DNA of 64,000 nucleotides, from contig CM035360.1 in assembly GCA_020137815.1 (NCBI GenBank), positions 4,402,001 through 4,466,000 of the forward strand. The letters are read 5' to 3'. This document shows, one piece after another, positions 19,723-54,878 of the stretch. The notes under the pieces are model-generated. The model made no database searches. It was not told the origin of the DNA and was given only the letters and a program-made list of their open reading frames with translations. This DNA comes from Hormiphora californensis. Lineage: Eukaryota > Animalia > Ctenophora. Made by a program: the position numbers and the translations under genes. Every line of letters begins with the position of its first letter. Within the stretch, counting starts at the first letter, position 1.

Positions 19723-21204
19723 TAGAGAGAAGGGTATGGGTGCGGTTGGCATGGGACAAATATTATTCATGATGTGTCATATTATATATGCCTGCTTACT
19801 CTTGCAGTGCGAGGAAACAGAAGAGGGAAATAATGGAGGATACCCTGCACGTTCCTGGTAGAGAGATTGTTACATTACTAATGAGAGAGTCGCCACAAGA
19901 GAGGTTGTTACATTAACTAATGAGAGAGATTCAATGCTAAAAAGGATACCCTGCAGCAGCAGCAGCACGTTCCTGCCAGAGATATCCCTTTGTTTGATAT
20001 AGCGCTGCACGTGCCATTTTGAAAGGGATGGAGAATTATTCGACCGAAAACGAAGAATGGGATGTTCTTGAAAGAAGAAGCTCTCAAACTCATTCTCTCC
20101 TTTAGATAGGGAGAAAGAGTTGTCAAAAGCAGTGTCAATGAATACTAAATGTCTTGTTACCCGCGAAATAAACCCAAGATATGACACCTATGACACCACG
20201 CTATTCCTAAACGCTGGACATAAACATGATAAATTATGGGCTGAATAATAAAATTAGTGTTACGCACTGTCTCTCACTTTTCCCTCTTTCCTACTGTCAT
20301 CATTTTCCCTCTCTCTATCCCTCAAACAAAGGTCTTTAGTCAAAGGAATTTCCTTAAAGGTCTACGACAAAGAGGTGAAAATAAGAGTACTACTGTGCTG
20401 TGTGAAACAGTACGTAGGTAATGCCTAATGGCACGAAGAAAACCCATTCCATATATCTGCTAATCAACCAGAAACGGTAAAACCTTCTCTCTATCCCTCT
20501 CTTTCTAGTTTCTTCCATGAAAAAAACTGGCCAAAACGGCGAGTGTCAGGATTCGGTAGATCAAAGTGAAACAAGATTTAGTATCCGGAAATGGACTATT
20601 GGACATAAGAACCTGGTTTTGGGCATCCGAGGGAACGAGTACATAAAAGTCAAAACAATCGGTGTGCTCAAGTAATTACTTGGAAGTTACTATGAAGAAT
20701 TGTACCTCTTTTCGATAGAAATCTCTCCCTCTCTCTCTCTCCCTCTCCCTCTCCCTTTTATCTCTCTCACTCTCTTTCTTTCTTGTCTCAGTCTTGTAGT
20801 CATTATCATTATCTTTAAACGTACAATTAGACTTGTGTACCTATTTTGTGTATCGGTGAATTGCCACGTGAATATCCGGCCAGAGAGAGAAGAAGGGAAA
20901 ATGAGAGAGGAGAAGAAGGGAAATAAGAGAGGGGAGAGAGAGTTATCAAGCTACCAAGCAGTTATTGTTTAGTTGATAAAAAGGAACGAAGATACTCCAA
21001 CATTATACTTGTCGTTGAGTAGGATACGTACAGGACAAAAAGTTGGAAAGTCGCTCTATCAGAGCTTGATGACTGACAAGTAAAGATAAGTAAAAATACT
21101 ACAACAATGGGAAAGAAAAGTGTCAATCAGGAGCATTCAAATAAAGTATTAGTAATTAGTCGCGGTCACTAAAAGTCGCTAAAAAGAAAGATAGTTAGAT
21201 AGAC

Positions 21205-21250
<46 letters not shown>

Positions 21251-23202
21251 GAGAGAGCGAGAGAGAGAGAAAGATAGTAACATAAAATTGACGCTCCCCC
21301 CGGGGTGTGAGAGAGAGCACGTGTAGCAAATGTCACGTGTCAGCAACAGGCCCAACAGTAATCAATTTTATGTTACTGATTGCTTGGCAAGAATTGTTGT
21401 ACTTTTTTTACAACGCCTCCCTACTACCCAGAGAGAGAGAGAGCGAGCGTCCATATTATAGATTCCTTCATAATGAACAATGGCTAAGGAGATTCAAATG
21501 GAAATTTGTGGCATAACAAATTAATTACTTATCGGCCATGTGAGGCACGAGTTTGATACTGATGTTACACTAGAAGATCAGACGGTTTCTACTCTTGCAC
21601 AAAAAAGAGTCCACCTGCACGAGTCAACCCCTTCCAACAAAAAAATACTAGAAAAAGATCTGAGAGCTAGATAAATCATAAGATGTAGGGATATCTTACA
21701 AGGGATATATCGAAACGAAAAGAGATCCAAGAAGAGAACTAGGTAGATCAGATAGAGATGCAGCCCAAAGTAAAGTAAACAAAACGAGATATTCTGTGTG
21801 TAATTTACACTGTGATACTGAACAGTGAAGCGATATATGTTGTGCTTGTGAACTAGGTAGATAGTTTCTAAAGTCAAAACTCTACTATTGAATGTAAGCA
21901 GCTAGTTCACACACGACGTAGCATCTACTCCAGTCAATCAGTCATGACAATTAGTATTGTTGAGTAATATGTCAAAGAAGCATTTACACAGCACTAATAA
22001 GGGATAGATAGATCGGCAAAACAAAGCAGACTAACGGATCAATTGGAGAATGACGTCAACCCCGTCTTCCTCCTAGTCCTTCTACAGTCTATATCTCTCT
22101 TTCTCTCTCTCCCTTCTATAGTCTCTCTCTCTCCCTCCCTCTCTCCCTTCTACAGTCTATCTCTCTCTCTCTCACTCACAGACCGCAACGTGCCTCTGAA
22201 GAGGAGGGGGTGTTTCCTAGTACGTTATGTCACCCTCAGTACACCGAGACATTCCCCGAGATTAGGGGCTCGAGCTAAAGTACAAATTAGGGCTCTGTTA
22301 ACAGCCACAGTGATACCAAGGCCACGGAGCTGGCGAAGTTGCGAAAAAAAAGTACAAAGAGAGAGAGAGAGTTTAGAGTTGTGAGGTTTAGGAGCCAAAA
22401 CCCTCTAACAGTACAGAACCGTCTCTCTCAATGGCTCTGCTCTCACGCCTTTAGAAAACCTAGACGTAGGGTGAAAAGGAGGAACACAATGGGTTTTTCT
22501 ACTCAACTGTGGATTATGCATCTGCCGGAGAGGTACCTACTGCCGAAAAGAATATATACTTTCCACGATTCTAGAAAAACAGGGCTCATGTGCTTTGGCC
22601 TCAAGGCAAGATTTCGTGTAGAACAATGAATTCGGTATTCCAAGTCAGAAAATAATCACAGGAAGCGTCCCAGATACATATCACAAGAAAGGTGAGTCAT
22701 GACTGGACTGCCCAAAGATAAAACCACAAAGTTCTTCTTCACCTATAGACTATGTCTAGACTGACTCTAGACTGACTCGTACACGATCTAAGCGATGATG
22801 CAAGTTCCCTAGAACTCCCTCTTCTAAATTAAATCATCTTTATCTCTTTCTCAATTCTCATCCCCCCTTAATCTTTATCTCAAGCTGCCTCTTTGAAAAC
22901 TGATCGCATATTCTGTTGGGGTCTCGGTACATGCAGGAGAGCATGAATCCAAAATGAATAACGATTCATAAATGAACCATACCCCAACCCTCTTACCTCT
23001 AAAGACACCTAATTCTTTTGATAAGATGAAAAATAAAGTGCAAAGCCACAATAGTAATAATTGGGTTTACCATATCTGATTGGTAGCTCGCTTATGGGAA
23101 CACTCACCGATAAAGGCCAAAGGGCCCTCCTGCCTCCATCCCCAGTCCCTTTGAATACCTGCAGTTTGCCAGTTCGCCGAGCCAACTGTGAGCTGCACAC
23201 TG

Positions 23203-26200
23203 TGGCCGGGAAACGTTAAAATCCGGATATTTTGAGTGTCAGCACTAACGGTTTTTAGTTGGGCACGTCACGCTATCCCCTGTATGTAACGCTGCCAAGG
23301 TTTTTAGGGTTAGGGGCTAGGGCTAAAGTAGGGTTAGGGTTAGGGCTGGGTTTCGGCCCGAATCATTCGGTGCTTAAAATTTTACATCAGATAAACTTTA
23401 AATTAGCCAAAACGGTTTTGTTTTGAGCCATTTCAGTATAGACTACAGAGTACTTCTTTGGGTAGCGTGCACCTGTAAACAGGCTTGGCTCCATTGCAAC
23501 CTATTCTCGCTCCGCGAGTATGTGAGATCGATCTCAGTCGCGTGCGACGTCGATCTCACTCAGGTATCAATGTGGCCAATAAACAGGCCTGTAACAGGTT
23601 TGGGCACCGTTACGATCTGGGTGTTTGGTGGCATGTTTACAGGTGCACGATTCCAAAAAAGTTGGTTTACTAAAACGGCTCTAACCGCCAAACCACTCAA
23701 CCGTTTTGGCTAATCCAAAGTTTATCCGATAGGAATTGTCAAGCCCTAACCCCAACCCCGACCCAAACCCTAACCCTAAAAAACCGTGAGTGCTGACTCT
23801 CCAAACACCCGCGCCGTTACGATCTGGGTGTTTGGAGGCCTGTTTATAGGTGCGCGCTACCAAAAAAGTTGATTCACTAAAATGGCTCTAACCGCCAAAC
23901 CACTCAACCGTTTTGGCTGATTCAAAGTTTATCTGGTAGGGAATGTCAAGGCCTAACCCCAACCCAAACCCCAACCCTAACCCTAACCCTACTTTAGCCC
24001 TAACCCTAAAAAACCGTTTGTCAGCACTCCCAAAACACCCAGATTTTATCCCTTTGACGGCGACAGAGCATATATGCTACAGTCTATTCTAGGCGGTCTG
24101 GAAGTCCTTATGTTTTATCTAGGTGGCCCATATTTTGTCACAAACTAGTTTTAGGGATTATGAACCTAAAACCACGTCCAGATCAGCTCAGAAAATCAAG
24201 AAAAAATTTTTATAGCCCTTCTAAGGAGGCTAATTTCGGCCTTTTTTTAAAAACATTTCTCATTTTTTTGTTTTTTGGGGGCACAACTAATCCTTTGAAG
24301 GAATAAAAGTTTAAAGTGCTCGACATAACCGACCGAATGCAAAAAGCCGCATCAAAAAATATTGAAAATTGAATGAGTTATTAACATTTAAGGCGCCGTA
24401 TCATATATGATACTATCGCCCGTAAGGAAATTCTAGTAACAAATCTAAATTGTACAAGTTTGTGGGTGCTATGGCATAAATTTATGCTTTCATGTGGTAT
24501 GTTGCTACAAGTTCTACAATCGTGAACGGTTTTTACCAGGAAAAGAACCCAAATTAGAGATTTGTATCATATATGATACTATCGTCCTAAGGGTAAATTC
24601 TCCTAAAACATACATAATTCGTGCTAGAAAAGGAGCTAAGAGACAAATGGGGGCACTAAAATGTGTAGAATCATCGCATTAGTGGGGGTAGAGCACATAT
24701 TTAGGTCACTATCTGGATCCCTAATTGAGATAATTGGATAATTAGCTAATTATCTGTCCCGCGCGCTAATTATTCATGAAACTTTGCTCTGGGAAGGAGT
24801 TATGAGACAAATGGGGGCACTAAAATGTGTAGAATCATCAAATTAGTGGGGATAGAGCACGTATTTAGGTCGCTATCTGGATCCATAATTGAGATAATTG
24901 GATAATTAGCTAATTAGTTGTCCTGGAGCGCTAATAAATGAGACTAGGCGGAGTATACAAGACAAGTGAGGGCACTAAAATGTGTAAAAACATCGCCTTA
25001 GCGGGGGTAGAGCACATAGCTGAGTTTCTATTCCCACTCATAATTGAGATAATTAGCTAATTGACGGTTGCACACCGTCCACTTTTCACCAAATCCCGTG
25101 GTTTCTAGGTAATCCTGAGCTCTTTTGCTCAATCTAAGGATCTTCTGACAACCCCTAACCCCATTTGTATCACCTTTGACTCGTTTTACACAATAGTATA
25201 GCACTCGATACAACCCTAGACACTGCCTTCAGCTCTTTAGAACCCTCTTGCTCCATCCTAGACCTCTCATACATCCAAGATCCAACTACAATCCTATAAA
25301 ATTTTTATATCCTATTGCTCCTACAACACGTTCAACCTCTAATGTACTACAGTTTCCCATATTTATTGTTTGGACACACGGTTATAGGGGTTTAGGGATA
25401 TTAGGGGATGTCAGAAGATCCTTAGATTGAGCAAAAGAGCTCAGGATTACCTAGAAACCACGGGATTTGGTGAAAAGTGGACGGTGTGCAACCGTCAATT
25501 AGCTAATTATCTCAATTATGAGTGGGAATAGAAACTCAGCTATGTGCTCTACCCCCGCTAAGGCGATGTTTTTACACATTTTAGTGCCCTCACTTGTCTT
25601 GTATACTCCGCCTAGTCTCATTTATTAGCGCTCCAGGACAACTAATTAGCTAATTATCCAATTATCTCAATTATGGATCCAGATAGCGACCTAAATATGT
25701 GCTCTATCCCCACTAATTTGATGATTCTACACATTTTAGTGCCCCCATTTGTCTCATAACTCCTTCCCAGAGCAAAGTTTCATGAATAATTAGCACGCGC
25801 GGGACAGATAATTAGCTAATTATCCAATTATCTCAATTAGTGATCCAGATAGCGACCTAAATATGTGCTCTACCCCCACTAATGCGATGATTCTACACAT
25901 TTTAGTGCCCCCATTTGTCTCTTAGCTCCTTTTCTAGCACGAATTATGTATGTTTTAGGAGAATTTACCCTTAGGACGATAGTATCATATATGATACAAA
26001 TCTCTAATTTGGGTTCTTTTCCTGGTAAAAACCGTTCACGATTGTAGAACTTGTAGCTACAAACCTCATGAAAGCATGAATTTATGCCATAACACCCACA
26101 AACTTGTACAATTTAGATTTGTTACTAGAATTCCCTTACGGACGATAGTATCATATATGCTACAGTGGGCCCAGCAAAAACTACATGTCGGAATTACAAA

Positions 26201-26333
26201 TTTCCTTTTCGAGGCGTTTTGTGTTGATAATATCTACTTATAAACGAAAAATTAGACAATTCTATCGAGCCAATCCTTCTCGCCGTCAAAGGGTTAACGC
26301 TGGCCTCCAAACACCCAGATTTTAACGTTGGCC
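23203..26333. mobile_element. Outer inverted-repeat element with telomere-like TTAGGG/CCCTAA tracts in its arms, interrupted near its right end by a piggyBac-like element
   Basis: Left end aacgttaaaatccggatattttg mirrors caaacacccagattttaacgtt (~26308-26330) and caaaacacccagatttta (24031-24048); TTAGGG-like run 23305-23350 mirrors CCCTAA-like runs 23950-24010 and 23743-23780. Confidence 0.7.
24050..26293. mobile_element. piggyBac-like non-autonomous element containing a ~1.75-kb internal palindrome
   Basis: 14-bp TIR CCCTTTGACGGCGA / TCGCCGTCAAAGGG flanked by TTAT (left) and TTAA (right); internal arms ~24398-25158 and ~25401-26162 are near-perfect reverse complements, each with three ~170-bp subrepeats. 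Confidence 0.85.
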
Positions 26334-26678
26334 GGAAAGTTCCCAAAAAGAAATCAAGTTTTTCAGCTTGGCAAAAAACTTTGTTCAGTTGAGAATGCGA
26401 GGAGCGCGGCACGGGGTTTGGTCGCGCAACTTAATCCACCTTGATGTCGTCGCGCCCTACGTCAAGTCATCCATCTCCAGTACAAAATAATTCTGCAGCT
26501 TCTCAGGTGTGCTGCAGCAGATGTGCGATTCTCTCCTTTTCATTTGACCAAAACAACGCACACTGCATGTATTATACACTGTAAAATACGGATATTGTTG
26601 ATGGTTTTAAGTAAAGGTAGAAAACAAAAACATAATTTTACACACACAAACACAAACATATTATATCATATCACACAA

Positions 26679-39031
<12,353 letters not shown>

Positions 39032-39905
39032 TCTGTGAAAGAGGAGAAATATGTTGTTAGAGTTTTTTGTTTTTTCCAGAGAGAATAACAAAAACTCATA
39101 ATGAGGCTAACAAACAGTTATCCGATCATCCAACTAAGTTAGCTTTGTTGTTTGACTAGTACAACCAGGGTGGTCACTTGTCATTATGTACTAAAATGAA
39201 GACTAGAAACATGCATTACTAAAGTAAAAGCAACAACGACTTTAAAAATATGTTGACGAGATATAATATTCAGGGAGATATGTTCAAAAGGTATAATGGC
39301 GCTCTAGATTACATATTTCATATTGATAGTATGTGAACATTATTGCACAGTGTAGAGACTGAATCTGAAACAGATGAAAAAATATTCTCACTGCTGTATT
39401 TTCTCTCACATTCCGTAATCCGTGGGAAACAAGTGTGGATTATCGGAAATAAAGAACTTGCTGATGGTTGAGAGAAATGACAAATATGAGATGAGAACGA
39501 TCGAAGAGATGGGGAGAGAGAAAAATGGATGGGCAGGAATAATCAGTGGACAAAATTTGTATACACTGTTACTACTTACTAGATGTACAGTACACGGAAG
39601 TATAAACTCACATAAAAGTACAGTGAATTTGGAATAATGCAAACAAACCAACAAACCGACTCAAAATCAGAATATATACCTAACACCTTGAGCGCCTACA
39701 TTGAATTGTTCTTTTTATTCTAAAAATGTGTGCGGAGCTTGTTTTGGGCGCGGGGATAGGAAGAAGGGTCGAACAAGGCAATGCGGAGCACAGACACAGT
39801 GTCAACCAAGAAACGGTGTGAGCTCCACAAAATTACTATACAGATTGCCTGCTATCCTGATTGTATATATAGTGTGTTACCTGGTGTATGATATGTATCT
39901 CCTCT

Positions 39906-41150
39906 TTATTGTGCTAATCCGTATAGCATATCGTTAACGTCTAGTATATTTAAATCTCGTAGCGTGGGGATCTCACCTTCTCTCTCCGGTGTTGAGATAT
40001 CAGTTCGACTGTCTGAAATTATAAAACTTGAGTTAAAGGAGTGTGCAGTGGTCAGTGGAACTATAAAACTAGAGTTATAGGGAGCAGGAGTGAGCACGCT
40101 TCCATGTGGAATGAATTGAAAGTAGCACTGTTCCCAATGTCAGTAACACGGTTGGAAACTCGGAGCTGGAACCTGATACCAGGAATCAGGATCCAGTCAG
40201 TAACTGGACCCTTAGGATATAGTTGCAAACTGGATCCTTAGGATATTGTTACAGACTGTATCCTGGTATCATAATAGCCATACCTACTTGCCGATTGCCC
40301 TCCCTTCCGACTATTCGGCAAGTAGGGCCGTCGTCATGTAGAGGGTGACTCGTTACAAACTGTATCCTTTTAAATAATCATACCTTTGTACACACGTGGA
40401 TCGTCAAAGTCTGGGCAGCGTAGTATAGTTTGCAATGATATCACTGTATACAGGAAGAGAAGCAGCACACAGGGCCAGAGAGGAATCAGCAGAGCCCAAT
40501 ACCTGGACATGAAATTGGAGATGAGAGATGGAATCAAATTACAAGTTATGAAGTGAGTTACAAATATACTTTTAACTGCATATAAAGTAAAGAAATGCAA
40601 ACTAAAAAAGATAATAATAGCTTGGGACGGCTGTTTCTGAAAACCAGGATTCTAGTACATACAGATACATGACTCAATTTCAACAATAATTACCTCTGTG
40701 GGTAGTATGTAAGTCCAAGAAGGTCAAGTGTCGAGGAAGGTAGCAACGCCCAAACCAAATAAACAACTGAAAATGATGTGTGTTGTGTAAATAAACAAAT
40801 CGTGATAGGACGATGACACCATGTCACACAACACACACGTCCAGTTGCAGAGTGCAATGAACAATATGTACAAACAGGTAACACATGTGTTCAACTGCAA
40901 AGTGCAGCAGAATCATTTATTGACTTTGGCAAGAAAGGGTGTCGGTTATTGGTAATAGATAACGTGTTTCCAAATTAATGTAAAAGCACATAGATAAGGA
41001 GCACAATAAATATATTTATAAATTAACTTGTAATTAAACTAATTAAATGTAAATACCTGCTATCACGTAAGATAGGAGATGAACAAAGAATCCGATGAGC
41101 GCTAACAAGGGATCGCAATGTGGTTGAAGTTTGAACAAGCCAAAAAACAT
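39906..41150 (-). CDS. PIGP: GPI-GlcNAc transferase subunit P (4 exons)
   Basis: Exons 41150-41057, 40766-40694, 40502-40384, 40012-39906 splice in phase: ...ALIGFFVHLLSYVIAVVYLVWALLPSSTLDLLGLTYYPQRYWALLIPLW...IPTLRDLNILDVNDMLY. This matches the PIG-P motifs YLVWA-x-P, LGLTY-x-PQ-x-YWA and IP-x-LRD. Confidence 0.88.
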
Positions 41151-42049
41151 TAGCTTCTTTTTAACATACTTCAAAGGAGAGAGTGAGTTAGTTTACATTA
41201 TCAGTTTAGTACGTGATTTAGTGAAGTACGTGTTATTATCGATAGAAGGTATACTAAAGAGTAAGCATATTTCCATTCGCGGTACATTTGAAGGAATATA
41301 TATTATATGGCGTGTGATATGTTGACTTGTTTCCATGTTTTCCCCGGTTTAACAGAACGATACTGTTAGTTGTCATTTAAGAATCATCGCCTCGGTTAAT
41401 TTCAAATTCAAAAACACGTTCGAATGTTCAAGACAGGGAGAGCTCCTGCCGAGTGCCGATGCAAGAGAGTCGATGCAAGAGAGTCGATCAAGAGATTCGA
41501 TCACTTTAATGTGAGAGTGGACAAACTCAAATGTGTATTATGTAATTTAATTTTATTTTATTTAACTAATAATCGAACTTTTGTACTGTAAAATAAAGTC
41601 AGTTTTAAATGTGTGTTCTTGAGAGGTGGTCATGTTTTGTTGATAGCCTTAATTATTTTTCAAGTTTCAAGTTTCAAGGCAAGAGCGCGGGGAAGGAGGG
41701 TCGAACAAGGCAAGAAGAAGCAACTTGAAAATTGAAGGGGATTTAAATTTCATGGCTAACCACAAAATGCAAACGTTAAATTCTTAAAATATCAACGTAC
41801 AATTGTAGCTTGCTTGTCCCCGTTGATAGGGTAAATTTTGTTCGCACTTCGCTGGAGTCTGGACTGCCAATTGGCATTGGCCATTTTGCCTTGGGGTCTG
41901 GCGACTTCAGACCTGACTGACTAATAAAGGCGCGTGATCGAGACAAAACCAAATTTCGAGCGATTGAAGAGAATTTCAAAAAGCACACAAGTGCATGCAC
42001 TGAGAGACTTAACTTGCGAAGGCCGGGGTACCGGTTCAAATAGAATATA

Positions 42050-43370
42050 TGTCAGTACAATATTATTTACATGAATAGGTATAAAAATAAAATTTACTCT
42101 TACGGGTGTAATAAGTTAAGTACAAATAAATCAGATAATAAGATGAAAATCGTTTGTTTTGCTACAAAAGTGTGTCCATTTATTGCCCCTGTACCCCCTG
42201 ATGGCGATGAGAATGGTCTTCAACAGCGAGAAAGACAGACGGAGACGAATGTACCGGATGGCATCGTTGTAGGTGTGTCCCGTTTTGTCAGATAGAAGTT
42301 TGGCAACCTTCTTGTAGAACACCTCCGCTTGGGGGCCCATGACCCCAGTTGTTGAGAAGACTAGAGGTGTGAAAGTTGCCTTCTCGACCTGAAGGACTCT
42401 GTCGTTGTAATTCAGTACCTTTTCCCTCTCGTGTCTCCTCATAGTGTCCTGGAGAGACTTGCCGATGTTGGTTGGCGCAAGACTGTTGAATACACGGATA
42501 TCAGTGTAAACTTTGTCCAAGTCACTCCACACATTACGGGCAGAAACATCCAAACGGGCACTGTTAGCAGTGTTAGTAGAACGGTATTGGAATGTTTCAC
42601 CAGTTATGGGTAGGAGCTGCGGCTCAATGCGGACATCTTTGCAGCCGGCTTCCACGAGGATGTTAGCTGTAAGGTCACGGATATTGTTGTGCCTTAAATA
42701 CACGTATCCTCCGAGGGCACACGAAAGACAGTGCTCGAGAGTGTTCGCCTTGCCACATGCACATGCAATAGGCACATCTTCGAGGGGCAGGTTGTATCGC
42801 AGCAAGATGGCGTCCCGGTATTGCTGTTTGTTGAGGACGAAACCGTGCTCTTTCAAAGGCAGAGCTGTTAACCAGCTTGAAGCTCCCCTAGATGATATTT
42901 CGTCGAATAGACGCCTGTCAGTACCGGACAGAAGTGAACACGCCTGTTGTTTTTCGGCATTTTGAATAGTTCGTTTTAGTTTTAGTACATTCCCCTTCGC
43001 TCCTTTCGCTTCCCAAAGGCATGATTCAGCACGTTTTTCGCTGATAAGAAGAGATTGTTCAAGGATCAGCTGTTTCAGTGGTTCTGTAGCCTGTGTAGAG
43101 TTCGCAAATTCAGCACTAGCCTGTGTAGTTGGGATGGGGATAGCTAGCCCGCCGTCTCGAGCAGGTAGGGCAGCAATATACCTCAGATGGCTAGGGGTGT
43201 TGGAACCCATGAGAGCTGGAATGAAAGATGACTTGATGATGTTCTCAAGAGGTGCAAACTGTTCATCAATCCCCTCTGTTGTCCGCATCAGAAAAAGCCA
43301 TTTCTTGGACAGACCGAAGGTATACCCACTGTAAGCACACTGTGGTTCCGTAGCAGCGATCTGGGACTTA
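42050..43370 (-). mobile_element. 5'-truncated non-LTR retrotransposon with restriction-like endonuclease (CRE-like); RT thumb + zinc knuckle + RLE, ORF still open to the stop at 42131
   Basis: LPARDGGLAIP, ASSWLTALPLKEHGFVLNKQQYRDAILLRY, CACG...EHCLSC...RHNNIRD, ARLDV...DIRV...HEREK, FTPLVFSTTGVMG; no catalytic RT core; AT-rich 3' UTR. Boundaries approximate. Confidence 0.85.
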
Positions 43371-43982
43371 ACTGGAGAATTGAGGGACGCGAGAAAAAGA
43401 AGACAACACTCAAAAAAAGGAAAACGCGGTTCAAGAAATCTGGCATGGCATTTCGTTTTTCTGCGCGGCGTTGATAAGCGTCGCTTATAACATTTGTATT
43501 CGCCGCGGCTGTTTGTTGCCGCGTTTATAATTCGTTCGCGCGCCATTCTGTTCGCAAAAAAACTTGTTTTCACGTTTCGTCTTCTTCTGTGTCGCTTTTT
43601 GGTTTCCACTTTTCAGTTTTCAAGCGCTTTCTGATCGTTAAAATCATCGCGAAAACGTCAAAATTTTCCGGGGGCTTCGCCCCCTCGACCCCCAACCCAG
43701 CGACGTCCCTGATCACGCCCAGCAATCACAGCTCATAACGTACGGATCACAATAGCTGTTCTGCGCTGTGAATGGTGGGCGTGACTTGAAAGTGCTCTTC
43801 TAGCAGTAGACTACAAAGCGGAATATTAAATATTTGTATGATGATGAATGATGATGATGATGACTTGAAAATTTCCGAGGCCCCTCATTTTCATTTCGGC
43901 AACATTTCATTTTTGCGTCTGTCCGCTTCCAAGTTTTTGGCAATTTTTCGTCAAAAACTCATCAAAATTCCTCACAGATCGA

Positions 43983-53576
<9,594 letters not shown>

Positions 53577-54344
53577 AAAGAGATAGAGCACTATACTGCA
53601 GTAATTGTGTGTTTGAACTGCAGTGGTTTTTAGCATAAGTTGAGGAGAAAGTTGTATTCATGATATGGAAAATGAGATCTATCTATCTAGGTCCTAGGAA
53701 AAAATAGAATAAAACAAAAACTCATATTTTATCGTAGCCGAATGGTTTTGATATTATTATACATCGGGGGAACCTTCGTATGATTACGAGTTACATCCCA
53801 ACAAAATGCATGCAATAATAGATTTGGAGTGAAATTAGGACATACATACTGTGTTTTTTCATTAGTGTTTTTTGGAGTGTTAATTGTTATGTCTAGGACA
53901 GGTGTTTTTCTTTAGAATGTCGTGTGTGTTATGTAGTTGATGAGTGTTATGTAAATGTGCAACGTGTTTTTACTTTTTATTTTTGTGTTTTATTTAATAC
54001 CCGGCCTTGCCCCCGATTACCAACCGACCAATACAATACAATGCACTTCAGAAGCAGTAATTGTGTGACTCTCACCGTCATTTTATTATGTAAAATCACA
54101 GAGCGAGCACGTTCTGTGAGGGTTCGGTAGACCAATAAAAACAGCTATTTTGTATTTTCAATTGCAATATATAGTTACAACACAGACACCAATACGATAG
54201 TGTCTCTCACTCCTCCACTATTATCCTCTCTTGGTAGCTGAAGGAGCTGCGTCTTGATCCTCTAGTTTGAGAGAGCCGAGATGGAGATATCTCTAGAGGA
54301 TGAGGTATCCCTGGAGAGGAAGAGGGAGCCCGGAGCTTCAGTGT

Positions 54345-54878
54345 CTACCATCGTCTGTATCTTCCAACATCCTTACGACCGTTACCGCTGAAAGAAATGG
54401 AGAAGGGGTTTAGAGAGGGATGGAGAGAGAGGGGGAGGAAGAGGGGAACGGGTGAGAGTGAGAGAGATGGAAAGGGGGTGTATGGAGAGAGAGAGAGAGA
54501 GGGGGCAGAAAGATGACATGAAAGAAACGATTCATCACGTACTTGACTCCCCGCTTTCCGAGGCTGATGGCTTCTTCCTCCTCTCCACTCTCCATCACTA
54601 CATCGCTGATCTCACTATCAGACAAGGCTGCAGAGTCCCCTTCTTCCGCATCTGGTAGGGCGGGTGGGGGTGTTAGTGAGGGGGTGGGGGTGGAGGTGTT
54701 AACTGTTAGTTAGGGTGGAGATGGAGGTGGGGTGGGGGTGGTGGTGGTGTTAGCGGAGGTGGTGGTGTTAGCTATGGTGGGGGGGGTGTTAGTGAGGGTG
54801 GGAAGTTAGCAAGTTACCTGCAGCGGAGATTGTTGCGGCAAAGATGGCGAAGAGAACGAGGGAGACAAACAGCTTCAT
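54345..54878 (-). CDS. 70-aa secreted neuropeptide-precursor-like protein (3 exons)
   Basis: Exons 54878-54818, 54651-54543, 54387-54345 splice in phase (1, 2): MKLFVSLVLFAIFAATISAA-DAEEGDSAALSDSEISDVVMESGEEEEAISL-GKR-GVNGN-GRK-DVGRYRRW*; AATAAA on the - strand near 54082-54087. Confidence 0.8.

Noticed and set aside
23305-24010. True telomere or chromosome-fusion site
   Set aside because: Short degenerate tracts embedded symmetrically in an inverted-repeat element.
43371-43609. N-terminal ~80 aa of the 492-aa ORF
   Set aside because: Not RT-like; read-through into unrelated flanking DNA upstream of the 5' truncation point.
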